In this document: one piece after another, positions 63,801 to 64,000 of the stretch
How positions within the stretch are numbered: the first letter of the stretch is position 1
How the letters are laid out: each line of letters opens with the position of its first letter
Assembly: GCA_963514005.1 (NCBI GenBank)
Contig: OY740827.1
Coordinates: 3,348,001-3,412,000, forward strand
Reading direction: 5' to 3'
DNA: 64,000 bases
Origin: Raja brachyura
Taxonomy: Eukaryota
Position numbers and translations under genes: made by a program
Notes under the pieces: generated by a model
What the model saw: only the letters and a program-made list of their open reading frames with translations
What the model was told of the DNA's origin: nothing
Database searches by the model: none

Positions 63801-64000
63801 CATTCCTGTCAGTGGAGATTATCTGAGCAGCCTACGTGAGCACCTGCGGGCAGACAGCACAGCTGGCCCGACAAAAGCCAACTGCAGGGAGTGCTGAGAC
63901 ATTACTGGGCTGATAGAGCAGTGCTGACTGTGCACGATGGGCTGCTGCTGCGGGGCACGAGGCTCGTCATCCCATCAGCCTTACAAGGTAATGTGCTGCA
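60888..64000 (+). mobile_element. Ty3/Gypsy (Mag-like) LTR retrotransposon, 5' part; runs off the window
   Basis: LTR TG..CA at 60888-61059, PBS TGGTGTCAGA at 61060 (tRNA-Leu-like), single gag-pol ORF. Confidence 0.95.
61126..63897 (+). CDS. Gypsy Gag-Pol polyprotein (Gag with two CCHC knuckles, protease DTGA, RT HMDD, RNase H); frameshifted before integrase
   Basis: Motifs CYRCGKMPSHGKWEC, CHNCGKKGHYGRLC, IDTGADV, LPFG, CHMDDILV, ADASSFGLG. Pol homology continues in another frame after ~63860 (GWPDK...HDGLLLRGTRLVIP). Confidence 0.9.
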   Translation: MGDEPADMAQPTPTATFTIQPPEPFDFTKPQEWERWIRRFDRFRLASNLNATSAENQVNTLVYCMGDEAKDVLKGLTLTADERREYTDVKAGFDAFFIPKKNVIYERAKFNQRVQLPGETVDSFITALYGLAEHCNYGQLQNELIRDRLVVGLRDVSLSEKLQLDRDLTLATAITKTRQSAEVRRQWSDLRGENSGASKCSNVDAVHAKSYRKPKFPSKPPPQAQTPSKNRFNTRPQPGSKACYRCGKMPSHGKWECPAKDAVCHNCGKKGHYGRLCRNSAKSLNAVTTEEEESFFLGAVDAGKDPWTVQLEVRKKKVCFKIDTGADVTAMPAEVYHDITEGHDVKRLAVSTRPLFGPGGNALSVLGVARETLRRGKKTTIENIYVVKDLHTALLGRPAIERLQLVCRVNGITVESVKQQYPKLCSGLGLVQRPYSIKLKPEAVPFSLHTPRRVPLPLMGKVRKEIDRMEKMGVITKIEEPTDWCAGMVVVPKKTGDVRICVDFTMMNGSVCREKFILPSVEHTLGMLAGATVFSKLDANMGFWQVPLTKESAKYTTFITPFGRYYFNRLPFGIASAPEHFQRMMMTEVTGGLEGVLCHMDDILVWGQTQEEHDVRLHAVLEKAYKAGITLNMDKCELTRHTVRFLGHVISADGVKPDPEKTRAVQEMDAPKNVSELRSFLGMVNQLGRFLPNLAEKDKVLRDLLSKKNHWYWGTEQQAAFDQLKTELSSTPVLTLYNPNSALKISADASSFGLGAVLLQKSDAIWSPVAYASRSMTPTEQRYAQVEKEALAATWACERFSCFILGRPFELETDHKPLVSLLGGKALDDLPPRVQRFRMRLMRYNYTVNHVPGKSMGTADTLSRAPLRAARTHTDTSLLEDTNIYVDSVISNIPVSGDYLSSLREHLRADSTAGPTKANCREC

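Overview
Repeat-dense vertebrate genomic DNA, most likely a cartilaginous fish (skate/ray; inferred from the HE1/V-SINE, DeuSINE and CR1 repertoire), with one 200-N assembly gap. The main content is a complete minus-strand Siglec (MAG/Siglec-4-like) gene that I assembled by hand from GT/AG sites and intron phases. Its exons are leader (46363-46402), V-set (39077-39442), C2 (37802-38095), three tandem-duplicated C2 exons (36706-36987, 30109-30390, 23014-23295), a membrane-proximal C2 (17641-17928), TM (14621-14749) and two small cytoplasmic exons (13150-13214, 6728-6784), giving 2085 nt and 694 aa. The two tail exons are not seen in the right frame in the ORF track. Spliced together they give ESPYQ|ELNVGDRDLYSEL, a full ITAM with DAP12/TYROBP-like sequence and a DAP12-like intron position. 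The predicted receptor therefore carries its own activating motif and has an uncharged TM, unlike mammalian Siglecs, which use ITIMs or pair with DAP12. A second, divergent Siglec V+C2 pair lies upstream (59823-60176, 57836-58123). The rest is transposons (a full-length degenerate DIRS inside the ITAM-splitting intron, a near-intact Gypsy, a rearranged Gypsy remnant, two non-autonomous Helitrons, many CR1, Rex/Babar, Penelope and SINE pieces), a 5.5 kb 33-bp minisatellite and several microsatellites. The gene model comes from sequence only; no transcript evidence was available.
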